Below, piece by piece: positions 6,403 to 9,031 of a stretch of 9,031 bases of DNA (position 1 is the first letter of the stretch; each line of letters opens with the position of its first letter). Source of the DNA: Candidatus Heimdallarchaeota archaeon. Lineage in GTDB: Archaea; Asgardarchaeota; Heimdallarchaeia; Heimdallarchaeales; Heimdallarchaeaceae. The position numbers and the translations under genes are program-made. Location: positions 1 to 9,031 of the forward strand of contig DAOVER010000082.1 of the NCBI GenBank assembly GCA_030668875.1, written 5' to 3'. A model generated the notes under the pieces. The model was not told the DNA's origin and ran no database searches. It saw only the letters and a list, made by a program, of their open reading frames with translations.

Positions 6403-7020
6403 TTAAATCATTTTAGATTCAATTATTAATTTCTTTATAACTTTCTCCTTCTTTCTATTGAGAGGTTTTTCGGATATAGCTATCTTAGTTAATTTTGCAT
6501 ACTTCATTAGAATAGTTAAATTTTGTAAGAGGGATAAGTCTACATCTGCTTTTTGATATAATAAGTCCAGAGACTTTGTAAACAACTTTGAATCCATACT
6601 AGAATTCACGACCTCCTTAAGTATCTTGTGAGTCGATACAGTGGATCTTTTTTGGAAGTATGAGACAATCACACTCAATGCAATCATCATCATAAAATTG
6701 CGGTCTTCTTTCTGAATCTCTTCAAGGTTTGATATCTTATCCATATATTGATCGTAAATGTCCTTAACTCTGATATTAAATTTTGAAGCAAGCTGTTTTA
6801 TGAATTCTTCTTCCTTCCCTTCATCAAATAAGTGACTAATATCTCTGATTTTCATGGTTAGTTGATTTAGTACCTCTCTACTACCTTTTACTTTGATTTT
6901 TTTCTCTGCTCTTCTATCAATAATAAAATGTGGTTTTTTGAAAAATTGCTGATAAAGAATGAATGTGACAACATCATAATAAGTCCAGTCTTTAATACTC
7001 TGTAGCTGACCAGATTCCAT
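6403..7020 (-). CDS. Hypothetical protein, 205 aa, probably mostly helical
   Basis: The ATG-initiated ORF fills the gap between pncC and the MTase, has Lys/Glu/Ile/Leu-rich composition like its neighbours and has a TATA-like box upstream. I recognise no family motif. Confidence 0.75.
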   Translation of the reverse strand: MESGQLQSIKDWTYYDVVTFILYQQFFKKPHFIIDRRAEKKIKVKGSREVLNQLTMKIRDISHLFDEGKEEEFIKQLASKFNIRVKDIYDQYMDKISNLEEIQKEDRNFMMMIALSVIVSYFQKRSTVSTHKILKEVVNSSMDSKLFTKSLDLLYQKADVDLSLLQNLTILMKYAKLTKIAISEKPLNRKKEKVIKKLIIESKMI

Positions 7021-7081
7021 CCTAACCCATAATGTGAAAAAATGAACAATTTAAAAGTGTTAGGGACTAAAAATGAGTAAC

Positions 7082-8635
7082 TTAATGTATATTTTTCAAG
7101 ATAATTTTGTCTATCTTTGCTCTTAATTTTAGATTTTTTGTTATAATCAGTTCTTTTACTATTTGAGAAATCTCAGCTGTAATCTTTTCAGGAAACACAG
7201 GAATTTTAATATTAGACATAATCCTCTGAGTATATGCAGTTCTATGACCCCTTCTCGCACCAGCTGAAAAATAATAATTTCGAAAGAAATCACTATTCAA
7301 ATAACCTAACAAGAAGTATGGATTGACATCTAAAGGAACTATCGCAAGCGCATCTCCTGAAGCGTAGAGGAATTCATCACTCATACTAAATCTATTTGTT
7401 TTGCTTCTGTCTAGTGTTGGCACAAATATCTTATGCTTGCCAGCAAATTTTCTGTATTCCTTCATATTTCTCAATGCTTGCCATTGAAACCAAGGTATTT
7501 TGCCTGGAAGATATCTAGATTTCATCTTTTCTTTGAATTTCATTATCTTTTCTGAAATGTTTGGAAAAGATTCAACCAGTTCTTTCTCTGAATTTATAGT
7601 CCTATCTAGAAGGACATAATTTGTGCAACCTTCAGTCCAATAACCAACACAGTTTACTGCTTTAATTGTATTTATAACCAATTTATTTTCCACATCACTG
7701 AAATTTTCTTTATTATTAGCAGTTAACCTGAAGGCTTCGTCAAATCCCGATACTGGACCAACACCCACCCATGCAATATCTTTCAGAAGCACATAATTAT
7801 TAATTCTAATATCAGGGAATGTTGTCCAAATTTCCTCTGCATTGTCAAACATTGGTTTTTCTAAATAGTCAAAAAATTCATTCTTACTTTGATTTTCAAA
7901 TGAATCTTGTGTATACTTAGGAATTTCGAGAACTGGTGTATTCTTGTTTAGTATTCTTAGAACTTTGATAGAATTTTCTCTCATTTTTTTCTTTTTCACA
8001 AATTTGAAAATTATTGTTTCTGGATTCTCCCCTTCAAACAATCGCACTTCATCAAGATCTATTAGAATTTCAAAATATCCATTAGCGATTATTTTCTCTC
8101 TTACACTCTTTGCATAAGTATTGTAAAAAAAGCCATAAGGAACAATAAAAATGAGTTCTCCATTGTCTTTGAGAAAGTCTATTGCTTTGATTATAAATGC
8201 ATAATAAATATCTGATTCTTTACTTCGTACGATTTCTCTAACTTCTTTCTGTATTCTGGATGGTAGGGAATTATAATGCGAATAAGGTGGATTACCTATA
8301 ATCAAATCGTAGCCATTCTCAGGGTTCCAGTTAAGAAAATTTTTGTTAATTATACAGTAGTTACTGAATTCTTTTTGACATTCTTCTGCTAACACTTCAT
8401 CATATTCTATACCAGTAACGTTTTCATATCCGGAATTTGCTAAAATCCTAAGGAATACACCCCTACCACATCCTGTATCGAGTACAGAAAATTTGGTTTT
8501 TTCCTTATCTTTCAAATTAATTAAGCTAACCATCAATTCTGCAATGGCTTGAGGTGTCTCAACAAATGCGATTGGTTGAATTTTATTTTCTTCTGGATTC
8601 ACTAAAAAAGAAATCTCACTCACTTTATTAATCAT
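7082..8635 (-). CDS. N6-adenine DNA methyltransferase, gamma class (TaqI/Eco57I-like MTase core plus C-terminal target-recognition domain)
   Basis: Motif order X (ETPQAIAELM), I (VLDTGCGRGVF), II (GIEYD), IV (DLIIGNPPY), then DIYYAFI and GELIFIVP. The C-terminal region (GVGPVSGFDEAF, WFQW, KIFVP, LLGYLNS, IKIPVF) is TRD-like. No endonuclease domain is fused. Confidence 0.93.
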   Translation of the reverse strand: MINKVSEISFLVNPEENKIQPIAFVETPQAIAELMVSLINLKDKEKTKFSVLDTGCGRGVFLRILANSGYENVTGIEYDEVLAEECQKEFSNYCIINKNFLNWNPENGYDLIIGNPPYSHYNSLPSRIQKEVREIVRSKESDIYYAFIIKAIDFLKDNGELIFIVPYGFFYNTYAKSVREKIIANGYFEILIDLDEVRLFEGENPETIIFKFVKKKKMRENSIKVLRILNKNTPVLEIPKYTQDSFENQSKNEFFDYLEKPMFDNAEEIWTTFPDIRINNYVLLKDIAWVGVGPVSGFDEAFRLTANNKENFSDVENKLVINTIKAVNCVGYWTEGCTNYVLLDRTINSEKELVESFPNISEKIMKFKEKMKSRYLPGKIPWFQWQALRNMKEYRKFAGKHKIFVPTLDRSKTNRFSMSDEFLYASGDALAIVPLDVNPYFLLGYLNSDFFRNYYFSAGARRGHRTAYTQRIMSNIKIPVFPEKITAEISQIVKELIITKNLKLRAKIDKIILKNIH

Positions 8636-8640
8636 TCCTA

Positions 8641-8668
8641 CAATTTGTTAGAAATTTCTATCACATTG
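8641..8668. promoter_or_regulatory. 28-bp imperfect palindrome immediately upstream of the MTase start
   Basis: CAATTTGTTAGAAATTTCTATCACATTG has 12 of 14 symmetric pairs and a perfect 12-bp core TAGAAATTTCTA (8649-8660). It ends 6 nt upstream of the ATG. Confidence 0.55.
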
Positions 8669-8903
8669 CAATACTTCCACCAATTAAAATTTCGACTTCT
8701 TTAATCAGCTTAGCTAGTTCACTCTTAGCTTGTTCAACATCAGCAAATGCTTGACTTATTGTTTTAAAATCCCAACATATTAGTACTTGAATTAGAAGCT
8801 TCTTGGGTTTGTATTCAAGCATACTATCCATTGATAGATTTGAAAAATCTTTTTCATCATCTGGTATAACTAAGAATTGATATCGTACCCAAACCGTTAG
8901 CAA
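8661..8903 (-). CDS. Hypothetical small protein (80 aa from TTG; 56 aa if the internal ATG is used)
   Basis: Co-oriented with the MTase and ending 25 nt before it, with an amphipathic C-terminal helix (AFADVEQAKSELAKLIKEVEILI). The start is uncertain. Confidence 0.5.
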   Translation of the reverse strand: MLTVWVRYQFLVIPDDEKDFSNLSMDSMLEYKPKKLLIQVLICWDFKTISQAFADVEQAKSELAKLIKEVEILIGGSIAM

Positions 8904-8922
8904 CAGATGATTAAAATCTTAT

Positions 8923-9030
8923 TCAATCTTGCCAGAAGTCTCTGAGCTGTCCCCCATTGCATGTTGAGGTGGTGATGGTTAATACCTCTCCAATTTTCTT
9001 CCATTTTTCTACGAGTTTATATAGGAAAGT
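8923..9030 (-). CDS. Possible 3' end of a gene entering from beyond the window
   Basis: The frame is open from the edge (TFLYKLVEKWKKIGEVLTITTSTCNGGQLRDFWQD*) and stops 19 nt before the TTG of the 80-aa ORF. It is too short to verify. Confidence 0.3.
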   Translation of the reverse strand, partial: TFLYKLVEKWKKIGEVLTITTSTCNGGQLRDFWQD

Positions 9031-9031
9031 G

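Noticed and set aside
8945-8990. GC-richer patch with short stems (GAGGT...ACCTC) as a possible IS right end or ncRNA
   Set aside because: The stems are only 5-6 bp, there is no tRNA-like or omegaRNA-like fold, and no associated transposase is visible.
8897-9004. 35-aa minus-strand ORF MEENWRGINHHH..., or a frameshifted fusion with the 80-aa ORF
   Set aside because: It is too short, overlaps the alternative edge ORF, shows no slippery site or homology, and cannot be resolved without flanking sequence.

Overview
AT-rich, gene-dense chromosomal window. The expression signals look archaeal (TATA-like boxes about 20-37 nt before start codons, few Shine-Dalgarno motifs, oligo-T tracts instead of hairpin terminators); an Asgard-like host is an inference only. 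Left to right: the 5' half of an IS200/IS605-family TnpB, cut by the window edge and missing from the ORF track, with a candidate left-end hairpin; an MFS transporter; a stand-alone 2-oxoacid-dehydrogenase E2-type acyltransferase domain without a lipoyl domain; an abutting glutaredoxin and ferredoxin:thioredoxin-reductase-like pair; a divergent NAD+-dependent DNA ligase (LigA) head-to-head with a stand-alone CinA-C/PncC NMN deamidase; a 205-aa unknown; an N6-adenine DNA methyltransferase with no recognisable nuclease partner and a 28-bp palindrome just upstream of its start; and an 80-aa unknown. The best candidate for an under-described system is the ligA/pncC pair: the ligase releases NMN, which inhibits it, and the neighbouring enzyme removes NMN.
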